A DNA stretch of 63,945 nt, the filler included, from Octopus bimaculoides (taxonomy: Eukaryota): the NCBI RefSeq assembly GCF_001194135.2. It is 3 parts of 3 records of this genome, joined end to end, with 100 filler letters (N's around TTAATTAATTAA, not from the genome) between each part and the next. Parts side by side here need not be neighbours in the genome. Positions count along the whole stretch, not along the records: positions 1 to 26,442 come from NC_068997.1; 2 more parts are not named here. One strand, given 5' to 3'. Shown piece after piece: positions 1 to 12,258 of this stretch. The notes beneath the pieces were generated by a model, which saw only the letters and a list, made by a program, of their open reading frames with translations, searched no databases and was not told the DNA's origin. The translations under genes were made by a program, and so were the position numbers. The first letter of the stretch is position 1; every line of letters starts with the position of its first letter.

Positions 1-144
1 TGGATTTCAGCCTTCCTGATATTTGCCTTGTTTATTAATTTTTTCATCTAATATAAAAGAAGCTTTATTTCTCCATTGCATCGAACCTGTCTTAGTGTCT
101 TCCTTCTTCGCATCAGAGCATTTCAAGACTGGTAACATAAAGTT

Positions 145-350
145 GTTTGCCAGCAGAACATGGCGGTCCTGGTTTAGGACGAATGTTACTGTAATTTAGC
201 CCCAGGAGACATCGTCTCCAGTTGGCTATACGACACGATCTGTGTCCTTATATTTTCGAACAAGGGAATCTAGCTGGAGACGATATCTCCTGGGGTTAAA
301 TTATAGCAACATTCGTCCTAAACCAGGACTGCCATGTTATGTTGGCAAAC
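145..350. repeat. Long imperfect inverted repeat (foldback/MITE-like), arms of about 80 bp
   Basis: 145-227 (gtttgccagcagaacatggcggtcctggtttaggacgaatg...) is the reverse complement of about 270-350, with about 9 differences, mostly transitions. A related fragment lies near 24098-24180. Confidence 0.85.
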
Positions 351-659
351 ACTCTTTACTTCAAAGTACTGTTGCTGAATATCTCTCGTTGTGAGATTTA
401 CAAATAGTAATTTTTTGGTAACATAAAGCTTAGATTTCAAGTTTAGCCAAACGTTCTTACCGTGAACCTTCCATTTTGTATGGACCCTTCCGACTTTAGC
501 AGCGAAATTACACAAAACAAGTATTTTGTCCATCGTTATTTCGGAGTTGACTTTTTCTCCTGCCAGCCACACAACCTACTAAGTCATCTGACTGATTTAA
601 TGAACTTTATTTCCACTAATTATTACCGTCAACTTATTATCTTTCACTTGCTTCATTAT

Positions 660-1025
660 TAGACTGCGACCATGCTGGGGCACTGCCTTGAAAAACTTTT
701 GGTCGAATGAATCGACTCCCCCCCCCATCAGCACTTTTTTTAAAGACTGGTACTTATTCTATCTCTTTTGCCGAACCGCGAGGTTACTGGGCCGTAAACA
801 CACCAACACCAGTTGTCAAGCGATGGGTGGGAGGACAAACACGCACACACGTATATGTGTGTGTATATACGTATATATACGGCGGGCTTCTTTCAGTTTC
901 CGTCTACCAAGTCCACTCACATGGCTTTGGTTGGTCCGAGGGTGTAATAGAAGACACTTGCCCGTGTCTGAACGCGGAAGCATGTGGTTGGGAAGCAAAT
1001 TTCTTACCCAACAGCCACGCCTCAG
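660..1025 (-). mobile_element. tRNA-derived SINE family B copy
   Basis: Same body as 56850-57145, 48630-48935 and 60000-60145. Minus strand begins with A/B-box-like GTGGCTGTTGG...GTTCAG followed by GGGCAAGTGTCTTCT. Confidence 0.8.
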
Positions 1026-1839
1026 TATAAAATGTATATAAACAGTGAAGCACAAGCTTATTCAAGTAATTACAAACTTTCTTACATGGTTCCGGTTTCG
1101 ATCCCGCTATACGACCTCCTGAGCAAGTATTTCTATTGTGGCCGTTAAGTTTACCTATCAATGCCTTGTAATTGGAATGTGACTGGCAAAAGATGTCATA
1201 TATTTTGTTTTGTGTATACTTGGTGTAAACGAGTCTTATATATTTCATATACTGTATATGTGTTTGTGAGGTTTCATGTAAAACAATGCATCGAGCGGCG
1301 GTGTTTGCGCCAGAAAGTAGTTCGGGCGTTTGATGAACAGAGATCAAATTGAATGCTGTGGTTTATGGGATGAGCATGACAGCAGTTCAATGACTAGAAC
1401 CAATAAAAGAATAAGAATAAACTACACACACACACGCATTAGAAAGTAAAGTATATTTACATGAAGTCAACATTGCAGAGATTTGTTTTGTGTGGTCGCC
1501 TCACGTTGTAAGGGAGATCACTCTAGACGACTATTTGCAGTCGGAAAAATTTGAACTCCATTGAGTGGGAATTTTGAAGTTGGCTGCGACAAAACATCTT
1601 CCGTTGCCTCTGACAGCGAGCACGCATATTATAAGCCGAACATTAAAAAAAAAAAAAAAAAAAAAAATCGCTGAACAATTTCCCTTTTTCTACATAAACA
1701 TTTCTGAATATTGACTCTACCTATACGCTACTTCCACTAAACCACATTGTTTTTCTCTGAGAAATAACTCTCTTATCCTCTACACATTAAACATTCTAGT
1801 TTGGCTCAGAAATGTAGTGTGTCCGTACTAATCTAAATC

Positions 1840-3050
1840 CGCTCTCCCCTCCAACCACTCATTTCTACCATCTGGAATTCAGCTTCAACGACTTACAATC
1901 ACTCCGATTTGAAGTCTTTCTCTTTTACCGAATCAATCTGCTGTCGATATTCCACATTACTCCGCTCCTCAGCAAGCGTTTGCTTATCTCCCGACCCGAT
2001 CTTACTTCACATTCACCAGACTCCTAATCTTCCAGAAACTAGCTTTCACACAGCTTACGTCAAACCTTGGCAATTCTAGTAATCTGGTAGCAAATGTGAC
2101 GAGAACCATCACATCTAACCAAAGCTCATCACACTGAAAGGGTTTATTCACATTAAAGTTGCATTAGTGTAAAGAATACATCCTGCAACATGTGAATTTT
2201 TTTTTTACTCACCACTACAATGCCTACAAAATTACTCTCAGAAAAGCAAGGAATGCCTTCGTTCATCGTTAGCTCCCCAATGTGCAGCAAAGATTTCTGG
2301 TCTCTTGCAAATCTTCGCCAAAATCCTTTCACTCAACTAAAACTGTTTTCTAAACATTAACTCAGTGAAAGAACTTCGCACATGTTTGATCTGTCTGCTC
2401 TGCTTCCACCTCCACGCATTCTAATCGATCAAGACAACCGATTCTGATTGTTTTCCTCCAAACACTGGGATTCAAAGTTCGCTGCTACCTGCCCCAAATT
2501 TTGCAGTCTCTCGGATGGAATCTATTCCAATCAATATAAACTTGTTAGTATATTCCAGCTCTAAAAGCAGCAAATCCTGTTCTTCAACTAAATCGTTGCT
2601 TATTACTAAAATTTTAAAGACGACTGAACCAGCAATCACCTCTTTTATCACTATAAACGCTTCCAATTCCAGACTGGCAACTTAGATCCATCTATTCTTT
2701 CATCTCTGATTGGTGGCTTTCTCACCGATAACACAATCTGCAGTGTCTCCAATCTAGACTATGAATTCTGGTGTACCCCTAATTTCTTTCTGTCACTGTA
2801 CTGCAGGTACAAACATACACAAATATTCCAAGATGCAATCTCTCTAGATTGGTGAAGATTCACTCACCACCATACAACTATGCCCATACATGCCATTTCT
2901 CCTGTCTGCTTCCATTTGTACTACAACGGCTTCATCTCACATCTAGCTCACAGATTCTATCACACCAGTCCTTCCTAAATCTCACACATAAAACTCACCC
3001 AGTCCTTCCTTTCAACAACTGCTATCATCTGCAACTCTCTCTCTCTCTCA
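1840..3050 (+). mobile_element. Highly decayed LINE (CR1/L2/Jockey-like) remnant
   Basis: C/T-rich composition and broken RT-like segments (gattggtggctttctcaccgat...atgaattctggtgtaccc, resembling DW..FLS.R...INSGVP). Many stops and frameshifts. Confidence 0.45.
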
Positions 3051-6000
3051 GGTTTCCTTGATTTACATGCATTCAAATTGAAGAACAAGCATATTAACTT
3101 CATTAATCTGGTTGAGTTCTGAGCACAGACTAATTTATTTTCCCAAACTTTGATAAACATTGCTGTTAATATATTTTCTAGCGAATGAAATTCAAATGAA
3201 GGTATGGATATATTTATGCTTTTGTCTCGGTAGTTGTCTCTTTTTCTCCTTAAATAACTATTTAGAAACGCATATACTAAACACAAATTTCGTAGCAAAC
3301 CCTCGCCTTCGTTGCACACGCCACAACTTATTGATTTTTCTGTCTCTATCCCTCATAAATTGGTATTGAACATTTTCTATTTCTTTGTCAACCATATCAG
3401 CCAGTGATAAATATTGAACCCATAATGTAACTTGCCATTACAACTATTCGGTCTTCCTGACTTTTTTGCAAGATCAATGAAAAAGTTCGATAAACATCAG
3501 TTTTTAGTGTGGTCGCTATGGTATAAAACTATATCGCCCTTTCTTCATGTTTATTCATGTATGATTCTGTTTATTCGTCGATTCCTTTCGTTTCTCTTCA
3601 TTTACGTTATTAACAGCCAGAAAGGGAAAACGTGAATATTAGGATTCGCCATGACTTCCTGTCTTAAAGTCAATAGAACTTTATCACCTTTCGTTAGATG
3701 CGGCAGCAGACAAAAGGCTTAATATCTGTGCTAAGCTAATAATATATACATCACGTTATGGCATCGAAATGGAAGAGATATTAAAGCATCGGATTGAATA
3801 TCTTGTGATATTTGATCAGGCTCTCTGCGCGCCAACTTCAAATCCTGTCGAGGTCAACTTTGCCTTTTATTCCTTCAGTGTAGAAAGAACCAGCCCAGTG
3901 CTGAAATAGATTCTTCTATACATCCGCTTTCAAGGAGAAATCAAACGTGGTGGGGCCGGGGAGAGACATGCCCCAGAAGTAGAGGGATCGAGGAAAGATG
4001 GATACATCACCATTGAAATAGTTTAAGAAAGTAACACATTCTTAAGGTTGTCTTTATGTGGATGTGTATGAGATGCACTGCATTTGGGAATATAAACCTG
4101 TACTTTGTCATTTTCCAGAGAGTGGTAGTGGCGATGGTGGGGGCACAGCATTACGTCTGACACAAGTCTTGGCCACCAAAGTGGCGACATGACTCAAATA
4201 GTCAATAATGGTTTCCCCGCCGAATGAGACACAATCTTGACCGGTGGCAACATCTGAGCCATAAGTAAATGAATCATCGTCGGTGTCCACTAGGAGTATC
4301 GACTTGTTTGATTCACTGACCTCCCTGCTCATTGAATGAGTGAAACGTGGGAGTGGTTGGACATTCCAAAAACAGGAAATTCCCAGGCAGAATCAGTGCC
4401 ACAGAGCTAGGCCTTGAAATGACAACCAGTCCTTGCTACAAGCTGCCACACAGTTTCCGTCAGCCTGATTTCACTCGCGTGACATGGGTCAACACGAGGC
4501 CCAAGATACTATGCAGTAGCATCGAAAGCGGCACCTTTTGACTGAGAAGCGAACTTCTTAACTATTCAGCTATGCTACATCCATATCTGCAGGACATATA
4601 TCTACCACACCAAAATATAATGTACAAGTGAGATCTGGTCCTTCGAGCATACACAGGAAAAGCACAGTAACTCTAAGAACTGACTAAGATCATGACAAAT
4701 CGGCCAGCCCAGCAAATATTCTGCTCAATTCCACAGATTCGCTTGACTTTAACCAGTTGTGCATGTCCCTTAGGGGCTGATGATATGTGCATCCCTGATC
4801 ATGAACAGTAGTAGTTGGGGAGTATTATAGCCATGGGTTGAGAGGAATTCTTTCAGGTTTGAATAATTCAAGGAAACAGGGCTGTTTCATTCAACATCCT
4901 TAAACAACCCTTATTCAGGGACCTTTTGAGCAGGACGGGCTACTACTCAGCCTGAAGAAAATTCTAACTGGGCTCCACCTGCAAGGTCATGCACTGTTTA
5001 TTTTGATAGGAGACCACCATGTTGCGCACATGTGGTTGTAATGCATGTGGCTGATGTACCCTTATCAGATGGGTGGTATAGTGGGCTTTGTATATTTGTA
5101 CCCCAGCATCATTTTGATGGCATGCGCTGCTCTCTCTCACTCAGTAGTAATGATAGTGGTGGTGGGTATATATTATTGTTATTTATTTTGTTAGTCCTAG
5201 AAGAACAAAAAAGACAAAGTTGATCTCAAAGGGATTTGAACTCAGTAAGGGAGAGTGATTGCAACAACAACAATTTCCTTTGTTGGTAGAAGGCGACAAG
5301 AGCACAGAGTGGAGTTAAGGTGTGGTCAAGTGCATATATCTTGATATTGCACAGAGTGATAACAAGCAAAGCTCACGATAGTAAAAGATGAAGTCCAGAA
5401 TCTCGGTGACTATTTTGAATTTATCCCTAAGCATTGCGATGTGTGGCATCTCATTTCCCTCACAACATTAAGAATTTCTCGCACAGGCACAAGCCCACAA
5501 ATTTTAAGGCAGGGGTGAAGTCAATTACATCAGACACTCCTTAACTCCAGCACTTGGCTGGTACTTACCAACCCTTGAAGGATAAAATTTGAAGCTGCCC
5601 TTGGTAAGATTTGAACTCGGAACACAGATGGATGTAAACTTAACAGTCCAAGATATTTTCACTTGTGCTACTGATTCAGTCATTTGTCCTCCTAAACAGC
5701 AGAGTCTGGAATCTTTGATGCGGCCAATTTAAGTACGTGCAAACCAGTAGGGACTTCATTTTATGGATAAACACTGGAAAGACGAACAACAAAGTCAACA
5801 CAAGCAGAATCTGAACACACCACCACCACCACCCCGCCTAAACATAAAACATGGACAAAACGCTGCTAAACATTTTCTCCAGCATGCCAATGATTCTGCC
5901 AGGTTGCCATGTTAACCTCTTTAAGAATATTAACATCATCAAAGGAATTCCATTTTTTTTTTTAAGATGAAATTTTTAAAAAATCAACAATAATAATAAT

Positions 6001-7552
6001 AATAAAAATCTCATTATTTTGAATTTTTGATTCTCTTTTTCATTTTGTTTCATTTCATTCAGTATATATTTCAAATTTGATGTTATTTTTTTTATATTAA
6101 ATTATTTTAAAACAAAACATTTCTTAAAATGGATAATTTGGCAAAAAATAAATTCTGTAGAAATTGGAGACTTTTTTTTCCCCTTTTACAGTTTATTTTC
6201 TTTATTCTTGTTTTTTTCCTTTAATTTCTTTTTCTTTTAAATTTTCTTTAAGTAATTTTTTTTTTCTTTTTTCTTTTTTTTTTTAAATAAAAAAACTGTC
6301 AGTGGTGATCTTGAGGTAAGATCCAAGAAAACTGAATTTCCTTTCTGAAGTCAAAGATAGTTCAAAGGTCGGATGTTAAGATGACATGTTACATATACTT
6401 ACACATGTGTCTGTGTGTGTGTGTGTGTGTGGGGGGGTGTATGTGTACGCGTATGTATGCTACAAGCGTTTCACACACACGTGTGCATTTTCTATGCCTT
6501 CCTAAATTAATGTCTGTGTGTTTAGTTCATTTTAGCCATCACAGTTAAGACCGTGCTGGAGCACTGTCTTTATACGTGTCCTTACTATACATGAATGTAG
6601 TATGTACTTGTTATATATTTGTGTTAATATGTTGGTACACTCACACTCACACACACATATATATATGGATGTGTGTGTGTATGTGTGTGTTTGTCTTTTC
6701 AGAGTTGTTTGTGATACATAATGTGTTCCTTCTTTTTTCTTTTCTTTTCTCACCATTTTAAGTACAAAACAGCTGTCCCACCACCACCACCACCACCATG
6801 CCAGTCACTCACCCGGATTCTTATTTGATTTAGGGACTTTTTGTTGTTTGTTGTTTTTTTGTGTGTGTGTGTGTGTGTGTCTGTGTGTCCATCATTCCTG
6901 TGTCTTCTCATCAATCTAATATTGACTCCTTTGCTTGACAGGAACAACATTAATACACCGAATATGGTAACAGATAAGAAGGAAAGGGGGGGGGGCAGAA
7001 AGAAAAGCTGCAAAATCAAAAGAAAATTCAGAAGAGCAAAGAAAGACTTGTGTAGATTGGTTAGGAAGGAGAGAGAGAGAGAGAGGGGCAGAGAGACAGA
7101 GAAGGGGGGATGGATGGACAGGTAGATAGATAGATAAACACAACCCTCTCTCCACACACACAGTAAGATAAAAAGGTAGGTAGAGAGAGAGAGAGAGAGA
7201 TGGATATATATAGGTAAGTAAATAGTTATATAGACTGACAGAGAGACAAGCATTTCAAACATGAGAAAAAAAAGACAGAGAGGAAGACAGACAGACAGAC
7301 AGACAGACAGAGATAAAAGCAAAAATGATAAAGTTAGTAAGACCAAATCATGGTAAAACACAGTTGTTGTGGTGGTGGTGTTTAAGGTCGCAACTTCCTG
7401 AGTCTATGAAGGATGAGGTAAAAAAAAACCAGTGGAACTACCCAAAGATGTAAACAGAGACCTGGGAAAATTTATTTCTCTTTGTGTATGTGTGTATGCA
7501 TGTGTGTATGCATGTGTGTATGTATTAAATCAATTGTTTTATTCTGTGTGTT

Positions 7553-7589
<37 letters not shown>

Positions 7590-7613
7590 GTATCATAATA
7601 ATATTAATAATAA

Positions 7614-7653
7614 TTATCTGTGGGTGTTGATAATTATAACATTATTAGATTTC
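7614..7653 (-). CDS. PLCG: Tentative terminal PLC-gamma coding exon (K-KSNNVIIINTHR-stop)
   Basis: Acceptor TTTCCCACTGCAG is in the right phase (2) to complete AA|G from exon K, followed by 12 codons and TAA. No homology support available. Confidence 0.4.
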
Positions 7654-7706
7654 CTGCAGTGGGAAATTAAGGCAACATTTGTAAAAAAAGTAACAGGTTG
7701 AGAGAG

Positions 7707-7749
<43 letters not shown>

Positions 7750-8112
7750 GGAGGGATAGTGAGAGATGGAGTAGAGAAAGAGAAGAAATCAAGAGAGAGT
7801 GAGCCTATATACAACTAATTGTTTGCTGTCCGCCGATAAACAATTTGCGATCTGGAACTCTGCCTGGAAAAGAGACAAATATATGTAAGCAAATAAGTAG
7901 ATATACAATAATTAAACAGAAAATAAATACAGTTCTATATTTAAGAGATGAAGAATTATGCACATTCTGGTATAGCCGTCTGGTTTCATCAGTCCTCAGT
8001 CAAATCGTCCAACCCATGCTAGCATGGAAAGTGGACGTTAAATGACGATAATGATTTACATTATTTACATTTGACAGATATTTGTCATCTTGTTTCTGTC
8101 TACCAAATCCAT

Positions 8113-8340
8113 GGGCATATGGCGTAGTGGTTAAGAGCACAGGCTATTAACTCCCAAGCTTCCGAGTTCAATTCCAGGCTGTGACCTGAATAATAATAAT
8201 ATCGAAAATACCTTAGGAAATGAGAAACTAGGTTCGAAATTTTCCCAAGACACCTGGTGAAGGCTGGTGGGTATATCAGCCGAAACATTGTGTTAACAAC
8301 AAACAAGATGAGGACAAATATCCGTCAATTGTAAATGAAT
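8113..8340 (+). mobile_element. SINE family D: tRNA-like head, (AAT)n, body, hammerhead-like 3' module
   Basis: Head GGGCATATGGCGTAGTGGTTAAG (A box)...GAGTTCAATTCC (B box). Homologous to 16661-16885, to the inverted 16440-16657, and to the 13212-13295 fragment. Confidence 0.8.
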
Positions 8341-8664
8341 CTTTGTTTTGTTAAGGCATTGACATTACATGTGAAATCCAACACAAACCATCGCATACAA
8401 CTAAACATGGCACAGAATGATGAGATTTTGATTTGAGGTTCACAACTGGAGTGTCCACTTTATTATTTTCTTCAGCAATACCAGATCAAGAAACACCGAA
8501 TTATTGTAATTTTCTTCCACCTTAAGCAGAACATATTGGCAAGTTGACACGAAATGGCACCACAGAACCAGTTAAGCATCTGAGTGTCTTTTCCAGGAAC
8601 ACAGTGTTGTGTCAGTGACAAGAATTGAACTTTCAATCTTTGAATTGGTTGTGTAGAGGTGAAG

Positions 8665-8970
8665 ATATTAGTTGTGTGGTTGAGAAGTTTGCTTCTTAAC
8701 CACACGGTTCTGGGTTCAGTCCCACTGTGCAGTGCCTTGGGAAAATGTCTTCTACTGTAGCCACAAACTGACCATAGTCTTCTGGGTGGATTTGGTAGAC
8801 AGAAACTGCAATGGTGTGTGTATGTGTTGGTGTCTCCTTGTCTTTGTAAGCAAGTGTCACTGCCATATAAATAGTATCCTTTGCTTCTAATGTTCAATGA
8901 AAACATGCCTGACCATAAGGAGGACCACTGGAGACAAGGATGGCAACAAGAAGACCATCTGGACATAGAA
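8665..8970 (+). mobile_element. SINE family B, degenerate copy
   Basis: gtgtggttgagaagtttgcttcttaaccacacggttctgggttcagtcccactg...ccttgggaaaatgtcttctactgtag. Confidence 0.65.
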
Positions 8971-9569
8971 AATCTGCCTCAACAAATTCCATCCAATCCA
9001 TGACAGCATGGATGCTAGAATGATGATGGGGGTTGGCAACTTAACATCAACCAAATAAAGAAACAAACATTTCTTCATGTTGATAGCTAACTTTGGCAGA
9101 CACAGTGCCACAGATTTAGATAGAGAAAAGCAATTTAACCGTCCCTAATATTGCATACAACAGGGCCAAATGGTTAAAATATTGATCATCACAAAGTCTC
9201 AGGTTTGATCCCACTACATGGAATCTTGACCAAATCTAACCCAAGATTTGTGAGCGGAAATTGGTAGATAGAAATTTGAAGCTCATCAGATGGAAATTAT
9301 TCTGGTAATTTAAAGGTTCAACCTTGTCACATTGATCCTACCTGAGGACCATGTTAAGAGTTCTACACATGTGTGGAATACAAAGTTATTTCCATGCTGA
9401 TTGAATAAGCAGGGACCTCAATCCATTGAGCAACTGACCACTTGTCATCAAACTGGATGGATATTTATTTTGGTCACAATATCATTGATCCTCATTTTAT
9501 CACAGCTGTCCTTAGTTTTGCTGACCTTGGGCTAAACAACAACCAGACAGACAAATCAGACGCACTTAC

Positions 9570-9745
9570 TTCTTCTGTTTGCGCTCTTCTCTTTTGGCTT
9601 GCAACTTCTCCATAGCCTCATTAAGCTGTTGTTCAACAATATCGCGTTGCATAACATCCTCCTCGTCTTCCAGCTTCTCCTTCAATTCATCAGCTTGTTT
9701 CTGTAATTCTTGAATGGAACTGTAAGTTTCCTGGTCTTCGCTATC
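9570..9745 (-). CDS. PLCG: PLC-gamma exon K (acidic coiled-coil tail DSEDQETYSSIQELQKQADELKEKLEDEEDVMQRDIVEQQLNEAMEKLQAKREERKQK); may instead read through to TAA at 9568-9566
   Basis: TTTGCAG acceptor in phase 0 with exon J. Coding-like E/Q/K-rich helical sequence. Strong donor AA|GTAAGT overlaps an in-frame stop. Confidence 0.82.
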
Positions 9746-9956
9746 CTGCAAAGATTTGAGGTTACTTTTGTTTTTTTATGTTGTTGCTATTATTGGTAAA
9801 TGGTTTACATGAATTTGGCAATAGTGACAGCAAGATTGGAAATGGTATCTGTCTGTTCACAACAGGTACAGCATAACGACTCAAAGATTGCAAATGAATT
9901 AGGATTAAAAAATGGCTGGTTTTTAACAAACAAAAGCAACAGAAATAAATACTTAC

Positions 9957-10045
9957 TCTTGTGTTCCTTATATCAAAATGGATTAAAAGAGAAGCTAACT
10001 CTAATTCTTCTGAATAAGCATTCAATAATGGAACAACTCGATAAC
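9957..10045 (-). CDS. PLCG: PLC-gamma exon J (end of C2: GYRVVPLLNAYSEELELASLLIHFDIRNTR)
   Basis: GYRxVPLxNxYSExLELASLL motif. CTCAG acceptor and GTAAGT donor. Confidence 0.96.
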
Positions 10046-10941
10046 CTGAGGAGGAAACAAAAAGTGGAGAGAATTTGTTAAGAAAATCATAAAAATGGTT
10101 TCCGGAGTATTTGTTTGAGCTTTTCAAATCCCACTAAAACCAAGTTCTAGTATTTAAGGGCAGGTGAAGGCTGATGCCACCTCAGGTTGATGGGAACCTG
10201 CTACTGGTAACCAGGTAATCCAATACCAGCTGTTCATGCTCGAGTGGTTAGCAACTAAACCAGCCCCTACTGGGCTTGCCTTGTGGGAATGGTGTGGGGG
10301 ACCCCAGACTGGATTAAAAAAGATAAAACTTATCAAAGATGAGTGAACTCAATTAGACAAAAATGGTACCAATATCCTGGAGAGGAATGGGTGCCACCAG
10401 AATGATTAAACCCAATAAAAGACTTGAAGGAGAGTTCCACCAACATTTAATTGTGTACCAGTCTGGTCAAGGCCCAGGTTCATATAAAAAGAAAAAGCCA
10501 ATATCACAAGGAATGGAAATGATTGGTCAACTGCCCAACTGCTGAAATGTTAAAGGAAGGGTTTGACAAATATCAGGGCTCAATTTCATACACTTACTCC
10601 ACCCTAAAACTGCTGGCCTTGTGCCTATGTAACACCTCCGCCTCCTCCTTCTTCTTCTTCTCATTAGAATGTCAGATAAAATGCTTAGAGGTATTTCTTC
10701 TGACTTTTTAAGTTCTGAGTTCAAATTCTGTTGAGGTCAGCTTAGCCATTCATCCATAAGGGGTTGATAAACTAAAGTACCAGTTGCATACTGGGGTTGA
10801 TTCAGTCCACTTATCTTGACAACTACCACGGTGCCAGTAGTATTTTCTAATAATAGACTTTCATGCAAACATCAAACTGAGCCGATCAAAAAGACATATA
10901 ATGCTTGGAGTCTTTGCAGAATTTAGCATCAGCTTCCTTAC

Positions 10942-11100
10942 CATATCGTAATGTATGCACAGGGAAACCAGCCTGTCCAAGAAAACTGGGATCTCCTACC
11001 ATATCTTCCACTTGCACAACGATTCGCAATAAGGCCAGATCAGGACATTCAATATCAAAGTGACATACTTCATTCCAAACTGGATTTAGACCACTGTCCA
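10942..11100 (-). CDS. PLCG: PLC-gamma exon I (C2: VDSGLNPVWNEVCHFDIECPDLALLRIVVQVEDMVGDPSFLGQAGFPVHTLRY)
   Basis: DxGLNPVW...EDMxxDxxFLxQA motif. CAG acceptor and GTAAGG donor. Confidence 0.96.
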
Positions 11101-11427
11101 CTGTTAAAGAGAAAGCAAAAACAAATGTATATATAAATGTGTGTATGTGTATATGTGCTTATATAATGTTATGCTAAGAAGTGGTTCATGGTACCAGAAT
11201 TTTCGATTTGAGTTACTTATAACAAACTATCCCAAATCATTCTCAGAGCACTCACATAACTGGAGCCAAGGCCGGTCAGTTTGTACTGGCATTGAGTTGT
11301 AAATGAAACAGTGATATTTTGAAATCATTTAATATGCATGTTTCAGCTTTCTATAACAGACAATAGGAAATGCATCCATTAAGTAAACCTTCCTCAGTTA
11401 AAGCATTTCAAATATGCTAGAATAGGA

Positions 11428-11622
11428 GGTAGCAGAAGGGTAGAAGGATAGAATGGGGTGTAGCAGAAAGGTAGAGGGATAGAATGGGAGGTAGCAGAAG
11501 GGTAGGATGATAGAATGGGGGGTAGCAGAAGGGTCGAGTGGGGTGTAGCAGAAAGGTAGAGGGATAGAATGGGGGTAGCAGAAGGATAGAATGGGGGGGT
11601 AACAGAAAGGTAGGGGGGTAGC
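11428..11622 (+). repeat. Purine-rich minisatellite, unit about 31 bp (ggtagcagaagggtagagggatagaatggg), about 6-7 copies
   Basis: Tandem degenerate units visible directly. Lies in PLCG intron H-I. Confidence 0.8.
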
Positions 11623-12143
11623 TCAAAAGTAGGGGAAGAGAGTAGGGAGTTGTAAAATAATATAGGGTTCCAAGTGAAAACAAAGAGCAATTCTGAAATA
11701 AATTTAGTGAATAACAACAAAACATAGCAAGATCTAAACAAGACACTGAGCTATCAACCTGGTGCTCATCTGCCTCTCTACATACCCCCCACCCCACCTA
11801 TTTTCCCTCATTATATTGGTCCTGTGGCACAAAAGATATTTATTATTCCTTTTGTTTGTTTTCACTTCTTTTAAATTGTTCAACCTTTTAACTTTGGATT
11901 AATCATGAATTATGTCGTAGTTTACAGATTTCAATGATATGCCAGCTTAGTTTTAGAATGGCAATGTAGGGTTGGTGTGAGAGGCCAGATCTGGCCAGTT
12001 TCAGCATAAGACAGGTCAAATATTTTGGCCGGAGGTATCCAAAGGGTCAAATGTAAACAACTGCCTATACCCCACCACCCACCCCTGTCTCCAATCAGAG
12101 AAGTATCTCTTTCTTCTTACAAGACTTCTAGAAACATCTTTAC

Positions 12144-12258
12144 CTTTCGTACTTGAATGCCATTTATGGGTGTCACAGTCAAGGCCACAGACCTCAACCT
12201 CAACAAGTGGACTGGCAATGCCTCGACCTTGCTTTACTAAATGCCTGGCACCAATTAT
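12144..12258 (-). CDS. PLCG: PLC-gamma exon H (C2 start: IIGARHLVKQGRGIASPLVEVEVCGLDCDTHKWHSSTK), absent from the ORF track
   Basis: Manual translation matches the PLC-gamma C2 pattern xxGARHLxKxGRGIxxPxVExE. TTTTATTCAG acceptor and GTAAAG donor. Confidence 0.94.

Noticed and set aside
2472-2666. Minus-strand ORF with a coding-like look (possible LINE ORF1 piece)
   Set aside because: Short, with no recognisable motif or splice context, and embedded in a decayed LINE.
8113-8187. Possible tRNA genes (also 16661-16735 and 41100-41172)
   Set aside because: A and B boxes are present, but acceptor and anticodon stems do not close and each continues into a repeat body, so these are SINE heads.
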